A DNA stretch of 64,000 bases from the NCBI GenBank assembly GCA_023406895.1, contig JAEXTV010000031.1, positions 110,603 through 174,602 of the forward strand, in the 5' to 3' direction. The translations under genes were made by a program, and so were the position numbers. The notes beneath the pieces are model-generated. The model saw only the letters and a program-made list of their open reading frames with translations, was not told the origin of the DNA and did no database searches. Positions 56,988-64,000 of this stretch are shown piece after piece. The stretch is from Bacillota bacterium (GTDB taxonomy: Bacteria > Bacillota > Clostridia > Christensenellales > SZUA-584). Numbering within the stretch: the first letter of the stretch is position 1; each line of letters opens with the position of its first letter.

Positions 56988-57632
56988 ATGACGACGATGA
57001 CAATGCTGAATCACGCGCAGACGTGTTTTAATGAATTTGATAAGCACCTGATGGAAGATGAAAAGCCTTCCGTCTATTTTGACGAACTCGTGGAGAAGGA
57101 AGCGTTTCCGCAGCAGTATCCGTTTACGATGCTGACCGACCTGATTGGCGTGGAACAGTCGCCGACGCATCATCCCGAAGGCGATGTATGGCGGCATACC
57201 ATGCTCGTGGTGGACAACGCGGCGGAGATCAAGCGCCTCAGCAGACAGCCGCGCGCGTTGATGTGGGCGGCGCTGCTGCACGACACGGGCAAAAAGGAAA
57301 CGACAAAGCTGCGAAAAGGCCGCATCACCGCGTACGATCACGACAAGGCGGGGGAGCGGCTTGCGGTGAGCTTCCTCGAGGCGTGCGGACAGAGCGATGA
57401 CTTTTGCCGACAGGTGAGCGCGCTCGTGCGCTGGCATATGCAGGCGCTGTTCGCATCCAAGAACCTGCCGTTTTACAACCCCAAAGCGATGATGGCACAG
57501 ACGGACGTGAACGAGGTGGCGCTGCTTTGCCTCGCCGACAGGCTCGGGCGCGGGCCAATCACCGCGCAGCAGCTTGAGCGCGAGCAGCAGCAGATTGCCG
57601 CGTTCGTGGAGAAAAGCCTCAAGTACAGATAA
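56988..57632 (+). CDS. HD-domain phosphohydrolase
   Basis: HHPEGDVW.HT and LLHDTGK motifs. Start at MTTMTML. Confidence 0.8.
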   Translation: MTTMTMLNHAQTCFNEFDKHLMEDEKPSVYFDELVEKEAFPQQYPFTMLTDLIGVEQSPTHHPEGDVWRHTMLVVDNAAEIKRLSRQPRALMWAALLHDTGKKETTKLRKGRITAYDHDKAGERLAVSFLEACGQSDDFCRQVSALVRWHMQALFASKNLPFYNPKAMMAQTDVNEVALLCLADRLGRGPITAQQLEREQQQIAAFVEKSLKYR

Positions 57633-57643
57633 AAGAGAATGAA

Positions 57644-58237
57644 ATGAAACGCATTTATGGCGCGCGCATCACGATAAAGCTGATGCGCGATTTTTTAATC
57701 AGCATCGGTGATTTACGCCGTGCCGAGAAAGACGGCGACATCGATAAGAAGTTTGTGAAGCGTATTATGCTGGCCGTGACGCATGTGAACGGCTGTGCGC
57801 TGTGCAGCTGGTTTCATACGCGCGAAGCGCTCAAAATCGGCATGCCGCAGGACGAGATAGCGCGCCTGCTTGACGGAGAACTGCGTGACACACCCAGGGA
57901 TGAAGCGGCGGCGCTTGTGTTTGCGCAGCACTATGCGGATACGCTGGGCGCTGTGGATGCCGATGCGTGGCGGCGCATCGTGGCCGCATACGGCGTGCGG
58001 AAAGCGCGCGGCATCCGAGCGGCGATTTGTATGATTATGGCGGGCAACGCGCAGGGCAACATCTGGGGCGCTTTTGCGTCCCGGCTCAAGGGAAAGCCGC
58101 AGACCGGCAGCAGCCTTGGTAAAGAGCTGGGTGTGCTCGTGTGCGATATTTTCGCAGTGCCGTTCATGCTCATCTGGGCGGCGTTTGCAGGGCTGATGAG
58201 GCGAATAACCTGGGCTGAAAGGCTGTATAGTCATTGA
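57644..58237 (+). CDS. Carboxymuconolactone decarboxylase (AhpD-like) family protein
   Basis: CxxC-type motif in VTHVNGCALCSWFH. C-terminal hydrophobic segment. Confidence 0.6.
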   Translation: MKRIYGARITIKLMRDFLISIGDLRRAEKDGDIDKKFVKRIMLAVTHVNGCALCSWFHTREALKIGMPQDEIARLLDGELRDTPRDEAAALVFAQHYADTLGAVDADAWRRIVAAYGVRKARGIRAAICMIMAGNAQGNIWGAFASRLKGKPQTGSSLGKELGVLVCDIFAVPFMLIWAAFAGLMRRITWAERLYSH

Positions 58238-58349
58238 TAGTTTATAAATTGCTAATCGGCATATAATATACAAACGCCTGATTTTGTATTTTTGGTGGTA
58301 TATTATGTATACAGAGAATGATATTGATAAAGAAAAACAAGGTGATAAG

Positions 58350-58502
58350 ATGTCAGCTTTAACTGAAAGAGTCTTTGAAGTGAAGCCTGATAAGACAAGC
58401 GAATTCATGAAAATGCTTAGAAAGCCCATGATTTCGAAGCAATTTCTTGAAGATTGCAAAAAGGCAGCCGACAGCATCAAAGATTCTAAAAAAATCAAAT
58501 AG
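58350..58502 (+). CDS. Small protein upstream of the GNAT toxin remnant, possible antitoxin
   Basis: 50-aa Lys/Glu-rich ORF (MSALTERVFEVKPDKT..) directly preceding the TacT-like gene. Does not visibly match DUF1778. Confidence 0.35.
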   Translation: MSALTERVFEVKPDKTSEFMKMLRKPMISKQFLEDCKKAADSIKDSKKIK

Positions 58503-58515
58503 TGCAGGTCTTGTT

Positions 58516-59021
58516 TTGAACACGATCCCGCTTACTGAGGAAAATACTGATATCATCAGCCATTTTTGCTGCGGCAAAGAAGGGTTAGACAATTATTTAA
58601 AAGAAGTGGCTTTGAAAGACCAAAATGATCACAAGGCAACAACCACACTTATCGTCAAGAATTACCCGGAAAAACGACACTCATAGGTTATTACACGCTC
58701 AAAAATACGTGTATTTTATTTCTTTCTGCAAATACCTTAAGGGGCTATCCGGCCATAGAAATTGTGTTTCTTGCCATTGACAAGAAATATCAAAGAAAAG
58801 GGTTAGGCAGTAAGATATTAAAGAAGATAATATATAAATCTATTGAGATATCACGATCATTCTCAGCAATCACAGTTCTCATACTATCTTCAGAGAAAGA
58901 TGTCGTCGGTTTTTATAAAAAGAATCGATTTATTGATTTCCCGGATGTCTTTGAGATACTTCATGAAGATTGCAGAACATCAACAATTCCGCTTTTATTA
59001 AATCTGCTGTACGAAGAATAG
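58516..59021 (+). pseudogene. TacT/KacT-like GNAT acetyltransferase toxin, frameshifted
   Basis: HFCCGKEGLDNYLKEVALKDQ..TTTLIV and, in the +1 frame, TLIGYYTLKN..YPAIEIVFLAIDKKYQRKGLG..FYKKNRF match the toxin-GNAT pattern. Frames join at the A5 run 58670-58674; premature TAG at 58684. Confidence 0.75.
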
Positions 59022-59132
59022 CATTATATATATTTCGTTTGATTTTGTATAATTAGATATTTTTGACTTTCATAACATTCCGTGATACGTTTAGTGCGGG
59101 ATGGATATATTTGCATGAAACAGCGGTGATAC

Positions 59133-59690
59133 ATGAAATTAGTAAATACAATTCTCAAAATACTATTGCTTGTACAAATTGCAATCTGCATATTGACACC
59201 ATTCGACTCACTTAATACTGTTGCGCCGCTTGCAATGACCTTTTTGTTTATTTCGCTGGGTTTTTGGTTGCAGATCGAGCCTTCCGTCAAATATAAGGAA
59301 GCCATGCAGCAGGTATCCGAAGCCCATTATGAATTCTCGATGAGAGTGTTTCGTATGAAACCCAGCAACACAGAAGTTGAGAATGCCGGCAAAGCACGTT
59401 TGCAAGCGAGCGTTATTTTTGGCTCCATTTTTATTTCCATTGCATTGATTGTTTACATCGTGGTTTTCCTTGTCTATATAGATAACAATTTTTCATATTT
59501 AATTTTCTACTTTTTCAAACCAACGAGGATAATCGGAGCTCTCATTTTGTTATCAAGCTGCGGGTTGCTGATTGATCGAAAAGTAAAAAACAAGAGGAAT
59601 AAAGAAAAACTATTTTCCGAGGCGAACATCTCGCAAACCGGGCTTATCATAGAAAACATTCTGTTATCTATGATCACTTTTATTTATTGA
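59133..59690 (+). CDS. Hypothetical membrane protein (AT-rich islet)
   Basis: 185 aa, four hydrophobic helices, AT-rich codons. Confidence 0.55.
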   Translation: MKLVNTILKILLLVQIAICILTPFDSLNTVAPLAMTFLFISLGFWLQIEPSVKYKEAMQQVSEAHYEFSMRVFRMKPSNTEVENAGKARLQASVIFGSIFISIALIVYIVVFLVYIDNNFSYLIFYFFKPTRIIGALILLSSCGLLIDRKVKNKRNKEKLFSEANISQTGLIIENILLSMITFIY

Positions 59691-59735
59691 TTCAAGAAAA
59701 CAAAAGGATAAGTCTGTGATAGAAGAATGCCGCTG

Positions 59736-59744
59736 TGGTATAAT
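59736..59744 (+). promoter_or_regulatory. Extended -10 promoter element upstream of the AmmeMemoRadiSam genes
   Basis: TGgTATAAT (59736-59744), 24 nt before the ATG with RBS AAGGGAGGG. Confidence 0.5.
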
Positions 59745-59767
59745 ATGGCCAAGGGAGGGTTTGTCCT

Positions 59768-61153
59768 ATGGCTATTGAATACGCATGTATCGTTCCGCAT
59801 CCGCCGCTTATTATTCCGGCGGTCGGCAGGGGAAAAGAAAGCAAAATCGCCGCCACGACGGAAAACTATCACAAGGTTGCCAAAGAGATCGCGCGCATCA
59901 TGCCAGAAACCATTGTGGTCGCATCTCCGCATGCCGTGATGTACGGCGACTATATCCACATTTCTCCCGGCAAATCGGCGGAGGGCGGGTTCGATCACTT
60001 CGGCGCGCCGCACGAACGCTTCGAAAAAACATACGATACCGAATTTGTGAGCACGCTTTCGGATATCGTATTCGATAAAAACATCCACGCGGGCACCTTG
60101 GGCGAGCGGGACCCGGAGCTCGATCACGGCACAATGGTGCCGCTTTACTTCATCGATCAGTATTATAAAAACTATCGCCTCGTGCGCGTGTCATTATCGG
60201 GTCTCTCGTATCTGGAGCATTACCGCTTCGGCAGCTGCGTGGCACAAGCGGCGCAAAAGCTCGGCCGCAAAACCGTGTTCGTCGCGAGCGGCGACCTCTC
60301 GCACAAGCTTATGAAAAGCGGCCCATACGGCTTTGCCGCCGAAGGCCCCGAATTCGACGAGCAGGTGACGGCAGCGATGCCCGCGGGCGACTTCTATCGT
60401 TTCTTCGATTTCGCCGAAACGTTTACCGAGGCGGCGGCGGAGTGCGGTTTGCGCTCGTTCATCGAAATGGCGGGCGCGCTCGACGGTCTTGCCGTGAAGC
60501 CCACGGCGTTTTCGTATGAAGGGCCTTTCGGCGTGGGGTATGGCGTCTGCGGCTACAAGATCGGCGCAGCAGACGAGAACCGCCGTTTTGCGGACATTTA
60601 TGAGTTGAAACAGGCGCAAATGCTCGCGGAAACGAAGGAGAAGGAAGACGCGTATGTGAAGCTTGCGCGGCTGTCGCTTGAAACCTATGTGACGACGGGC
60701 AAACGCGCGAAGCTGCCCAAGAGCCTTCCGAAGGACATGACAGACAGCCGGGCGGGCGTGTTTGTCTCGCTCAAGAAAAACGGGCGGCTGCGCGGCTGCA
60801 TCGGCACGATCGAGCCGGCTGAGGAGTCGATCGCGCAAGAGATACTGCGCAACGCGGTCAGCGCGGGCACAGGCGACCCGCGGTTCGACCCGGTCACGCA
60901 GGATGAATTGCCCACCCTTGTTTACAGTGTGGATGTGCTCGGACAGGCGGAGCCCGCACCCTCAATGGACGATCTGGATGTGCAGCGCTATGGCGTGATT
61001 GTCACCAAAGGGTATAAGCGTGGTCTTTTGCTGCCTAATCTTGAGGGCGTGAACACCCCCGAAGAGCAGGTGAATATCGCGCTGCAAAAGGCAGGCATAC
61101 TGCGCAACGACAAATACACAATGGAGCGCTTTGAGGTGGTGCGGCACAAATGA
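59768..61153 (+). CDS. Fusion protein: class III extradiol dioxygenase/Memo-like N-terminal domain plus AMMECR1 C-terminal domain
   Basis: N-terminus IVPHPPLIIP..ASPH..; C-terminal AMMECR1 pattern (GVFVSLKKNGRLRGCIGTIEP ... RGLLLP). Confidence 0.8.
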   Translation: MAIEYACIVPHPPLIIPAVGRGKESKIAATTENYHKVAKEIARIMPETIVVASPHAVMYGDYIHISPGKSAEGGFDHFGAPHERFEKTYDTEFVSTLSDIVFDKNIHAGTLGERDPELDHGTMVPLYFIDQYYKNYRLVRVSLSGLSYLEHYRFGSCVAQAAQKLGRKTVFVASGDLSHKLMKSGPYGFAAEGPEFDEQVTAAMPAGDFYRFFDFAETFTEAAAECGLRSFIEMAGALDGLAVKPTAFSYEGPFGVGYGVCGYKIGAADENRRFADIYELKQAQMLAETKEKEDAYVKLARLSLETYVTTGKRAKLPKSLPKDMTDSRAGVFVSLKKNGRLRGCIGTIEPAEESIAQEILRNAVSAGTGDPRFDPVTQDELPTLVYSVDVLGQAEPAPSMDDLDVQRYGVIVTKGYKRGLLLPNLEGVNTPEEQVNIALQKAGILRNDKYTMERFEVVRHK

Positions 61154-61971
61154 GCAAACTGCTCTGCGGTATCTGTCCGCAAAACTGCATGCTGGAAGAC
61201 GGCCAAACGGGCTTCTGTCGTGCGCGCACACGCTGCGGCAACGAGATCAGCGCGAACAACTATGGGCGTGTCACGTCGTTGGCGCTCGACCCGATCGAAA
61301 AGAAGCCGCTGCGGCGTTTTCACCCGGGCAGCATGATACTCTCAGTGGGCAGCTACGGGTGCAACTTAAGGTGCCCGTTCTGTCAGAACTTCGAAATCTC
61401 CATGGCGGATGAGAAGCTCGGCGGCGTATATGTGTCGCCCGAAGCGCTGATCGAAAAAGCGCTATCCATCAAAGATAACCTCGGCGTGGCGTTCACGTAC
61501 AACGAGCCGCTGATCGGCTACGAATACGTGCGCGACTGCGCGAAGCTGCTTAAAGACAACGGCCTGAAAACCGTACTCGTGACCAACGGCTACATCAACG
61601 AAGGGCCGATGAGTGAGCTGCTGCCCCTGATTGACGCGATGAACATCGATCTTAAAGCGTTTACGGAAAGCTATTACCAAACGCTTAAAGGGCAACTCGA
61701 ACCCGTGAAGCGCACGATTGCGCTTTGCGCGCCGCGCTGCCACGTGGAGGTCACCACGCTGATTGTGCCCGGGCAAAACGACAGCGAACAGGACATGCGT
61801 GCACAATCAGCGTGGCTTGCGGGCATCAGCAGGGACATTCCGCTGCACATATCGCGCTTTTTTCCGCGCTACCATATGGAAGACGCGGCACCGACGTCCG
61901 TGGAAACGATCAGACATCTTGCGGCCGTCGCGCGCGAGTCGCTCACACACGTCTATATCGGCAACTGCTGA
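61150..61971 (+). CDS. AmmeMemoRadiSam system radical SAM enzyme
   Basis: CNLRCPFCQN radical-SAM cluster motif preceded by an extra Cys-rich N-terminus (C..CP..C......G.C..R). 4-nt overlap with the upstream gene. Confidence 0.85.
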   Translation: MSKLLCGICPQNCMLEDGQTGFCRARTRCGNEISANNYGRVTSLALDPIEKKPLRRFHPGSMILSVGSYGCNLRCPFCQNFEISMADEKLGGVYVSPEALIEKALSIKDNLGVAFTYNEPLIGYEYVRDCAKLLKDNGLKTVLVTNGYINEGPMSELLPLIDAMNIDLKAFTESYYQTLKGQLEPVKRTIALCAPRCHVEVTTLIVPGQNDSEQDMRAQSAWLAGISRDIPLHISRFFPRYHMEDAAPTSVETIRHLAAVARESLTHVYIGNC

Positions 61972-62016
61972 TGCTGATATGACAGTCAATACATTTATAT
62001 CTTCCATGCCAAATCA

Positions 62017-62045
62017 TTGAAAACCATACCGTATATTGATATAAT
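62017..62045 (+). promoter_or_regulatory. Sigma-A-type promoter of the terminal operon
   Basis: TTGAAA (62017-62022), 17 nt, TATAAT (62040-62045). Confidence 0.65.
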
Positions 62046-62054
62046 AAATTAATA

Positions 62055-63266
62055 TTGACTGATCAGGAGACGCTTTTGGACGAAGAGACAAATGCCGGTT
62101 CTTTGGTGACCGATGCAACGCAGGATGCAGAAGAAATAAAACCGCTGATCACTGCCAAGCTCACGTACGAATGCGGCGGTGTGCGCCAAGAAAAGGTGAC
62201 CGCACAGCTGTTTGCCGACGTGCTTGAGATGTCGGGCGCCGGGTTTTCGCGTACGCTCAAGCTGAGCACACTTTCCGCAGTGGAGCCGGGCAATTACCGC
62301 ATGATCGTCCGCCATAAAGCGGGAGATATCACACTCTCGATGATCGGCCATCTCTATGAGGATTTTGTGCGGTACTTCATTAGCGCGTTCAATGAGATCG
62401 TGTTTCACGAGTCGTTGATGAGCGAGACGGTGCACTTTGAAGCCAAGGGGCAGTATGTGTCGCCCACGGGCGAAACGTCGTCGGCGGTTTTTCGCGTCTG
62501 CGAGACGGCGCTGGCGGTGCTGCCGGAAACGCACGCGCTCGTGCGCGTTCCGTTCTGTTTGATGGCCGATATCAAAAACGAGCCGTACCGGCTGACCATC
62601 ACGGAAAAGCGGGGCAAAAGCCATGTGCTGCAAAAGCTCGGCTTCGCCACCGACGATTTTCTGCGCGAGTTTGCCAAGCGCGAGAAGGAGCTATTAAAGC
62701 TTACGAAGGAAAGGCTGCAAACCATCGCGCCGGTCAGCGATGCGCTCGCCAAGCTGATGACGGAAGGGCTTGTGGTACCGGCTCGGCAGATCAGAGACAT
62801 ATCCGCGCCATTCGCGGATGCGCTCGATGCAAAGCTTTTGGAACAGATTCCGGATGAGTACGGTTATTTAAAGTCTGTTTCAGGCGCGCTGGCTGTGGGC
62901 ATCAAGCGCGGGCTGATGGGTGCGCTGACGGGAGAAAGCATCATATTGCTTGCGTCTGTCGAGAACAAGGTGATTATGGAAAGCCTCGGCGAGGCGGCGG
63001 CAGCCACGTATGTGTTCGATATGGGGCAAACGCCGTGGGAGGCCTTTTTGCCCGCGTTTAATGAGAGCATGCTCGCGGTCAATTTTCGCCGTGAGCCGAT
63101 TTACATGAGCGACGAAGCGCTCGCATCCGAAAAGCACGAGGCATACAGGAACGCGATTGTGCGCTGCCCCGCACTGGGGACACTTCGAAAACAATATTTG
63201 GGGCGCGTCGCGCACGGCGGGTTTGACGCATGGCAGCGCGCGCTCAACGGGTATATCAATCCATAA
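62055..63266 (+). CDS. Hypothetical protein, no recognised domain
   Basis: 403-aa ORF with good coding character. The more likely start is the TTG at 62076, 5 nt after RBS AGGAGA (62065-62070). Confidence 0.65.
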   Translation: MTDQETLLDEETNAGSLVTDATQDAEEIKPLITAKLTYECGGVRQEKVTAQLFADVLEMSGAGFSRTLKLSTLSAVEPGNYRMIVRHKAGDITLSMIGHLYEDFVRYFISAFNEIVFHESLMSETVHFEAKGQYVSPTGETSSAVFRVCETALAVLPETHALVRVPFCLMADIKNEPYRLTITEKRGKSHVLQKLGFATDDFLREFAKREKELLKLTKERLQTIAPVSDALAKLMTEGLVVPARQIRDISAPFADALDAKLLEQIPDEYGYLKSVSGALAVGIKRGLMGALTGESIILLASVENKVIMESLGEAAAATYVFDMGQTPWEAFLPAFNESMLAVNFRREPIYMSDEALASEKHEAYRNAIVRCPALGTLRKQYLGRVAHGGFDAWQRALNGYINP

Positions 63267-63296
63267 CCATGAAATGTGGTATTGAGGAGGAACTCT

Positions 63297-63638
63297 ATGG
63301 CAGGCTACGATAAACCATGCATCGGCTGCGGTACGTTCATCGGCTACGACAGCCACTTTTGTCCCGTGTGCGGGAGACAGAGCCCGTTTTTTGACGCGTG
63401 CCCCGCATGCAACATTGAAATCAAGCGCGGGTGGCAGCGCTGCCCATCCTGCGGGAGAGATCTGTATACCGTTTGTCCGTTTTGCGGCCAAAGAACGTTT
63501 GTGGCCGAGAAGTGCGACAATTGCCACCAGCCGCTGATGATCAAATGCGAAAACAAGCTGTGTCAAGGTCTTCAATTCTTTGAAAACACCAAGTGCACCT
63601 TGTGCGGCAAAAAAATAAAGCATAAGAAAGGAAAGTAA
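63297..63638 (+). CDS. Multi-zinc-ribbon protein
   Basis: 113 aa with six CxxC pairs plus a seventh CxxxxC pair (CIGC, CPVC, CPAC, CPSC, CPFC, CDNC, CTLC), basic tail. Confidence 0.7.
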   Translation: MAGYDKPCIGCGTFIGYDSHFCPVCGRQSPFFDACPACNIEIKRGWQRCPSCGRDLYTVCPFCGQRTFVAEKCDNCHQPLMIKCENKLCQGLQFFENTKCTLCGKKIKHKKGK

Positions 63639-63642
63639 GGTT

Positions 63643-64000
63643 ATGATGCAGGCATTTACGCGCAATTATGAGGATAACAGCACCGATGCGGGATTTCAGT
63701 TCACGTTTTACTGCGACGTGTGCCACGACGGTTTCAAAACGTCTTTCATCGAATCGGCGACATATAAAAAGGGGAGCCTGCTCCGGGGCCTTACACGCGG
63801 CATCGGGGCGGCGGGCAGCCTGTTCGGCGGGGCGCTCGGCAACATCAGCAGCGCGGCTTATCAGGGCGAGCACATCCTCGGAGAGCGTTTCGAAGGCATG
63901 TCGCCCGAATGGCAGAAGGAGCATGAAAAGGCGTTTGCGATGGCGCAGAACGAAGCCAAGCAGCATTTTCACCGCTGCCACAAGTGCCACAGCTGGGTGT
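63643..64000 (+). CDS. Hypothetical zinc-ribbon-containing protein, 3'-truncated by the window end
   Basis: Frame open from ATG 63643 (RBS AAAGGAAAG) to the window end. I translated it as MMQAFTRNYEDNSTDAGFQFTFYCDVCHDGF...HRCHKCHSWV. Not in the ORF track because there is no stop. Confidence 0.6.
   Translation, partial: MMQAFTRNYEDNSTDAGFQFTFYCDVCHDGFKTSFIESATYKKGSLLRGLTRGIGAAGSLFGGALGNISSAAYQGEHILGERFEGMSPEWQKEHEKAFAMAQNEAKQHFHRCHKCHSWV

Noticed and set aside
1-64000. Search for tRNA, rRNA, tmRNA, transposase, integrase or prophage genes
   Set aside because: No cloverleaf-compatible sequences, rRNA-like stretches or recombinase/transposase motifs were recognised. The two AT-rich islets have no visible mobility genes or flanking direct repeats.

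Overview
This 64-kb window looks like chromosomal DNA from a fairly GC-rich, spore-forming Firmicute (Clostridia-like). No rRNA, tRNA, CRISPR array, transposase or integrase was recognised. Sampled 60-nt lines of core genes are about 60% GC.

Confidently recognised core genes:
- A three-gene NHEJ cassette: Ku, a LigD-type ligase-only gene, and a LigD-type polymerase-only gene.
- thrS, with a clear promoter, T-box (Thr) leader and terminator.
- hppA, tex, lgt, mutY, msrAB and xth.
- Four ABC export systems and an ABC-F protein with an attenuator-like leader.
- A spore cortex/germination cluster: LysM-GH18, cwlJ/sleB-like, gerQ-like and pdaA-like genes.
- A SpoIID-domain surface protein.
- An AmmeMemoRadiSam gene pair.

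Observations worth a second look:
1. An AT-rich two-gene islet at 30.8-32.9 kb (sampled lines 22-25% GC). It encodes a SEC-C-motif protein and a protein with an N-terminal HEPN-like RRNDCAH motif, with its own promoter and terminator. This is my best candidate for an uncharacterised defence or abortive-infection module.
2. A non-canonical Hsp70 operon with two paralogous membrane J-domain proteins. Both carry HPE instead of HPD, and one is frameshifted.
3. A second AT-rich islet holding a frameshifted TacT-like GNAT toxin.
4. An apparently orphan mazF.
5. A PadR / pentapeptide-repeat / ABC exporter cassette.
6. An abundant double-hairpin, REP/MITE-like repeat family. Copies sit inside the thrS leader and beside a duplicated terminator hairpin.
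7. A ~125-bp tandem array downstream of thrS.
8. An uncharacterised operon with zinc-ribbon proteins that runs off the right edge of the window.

All functional calls rest on motif and family recognition by eye. No database search was run.
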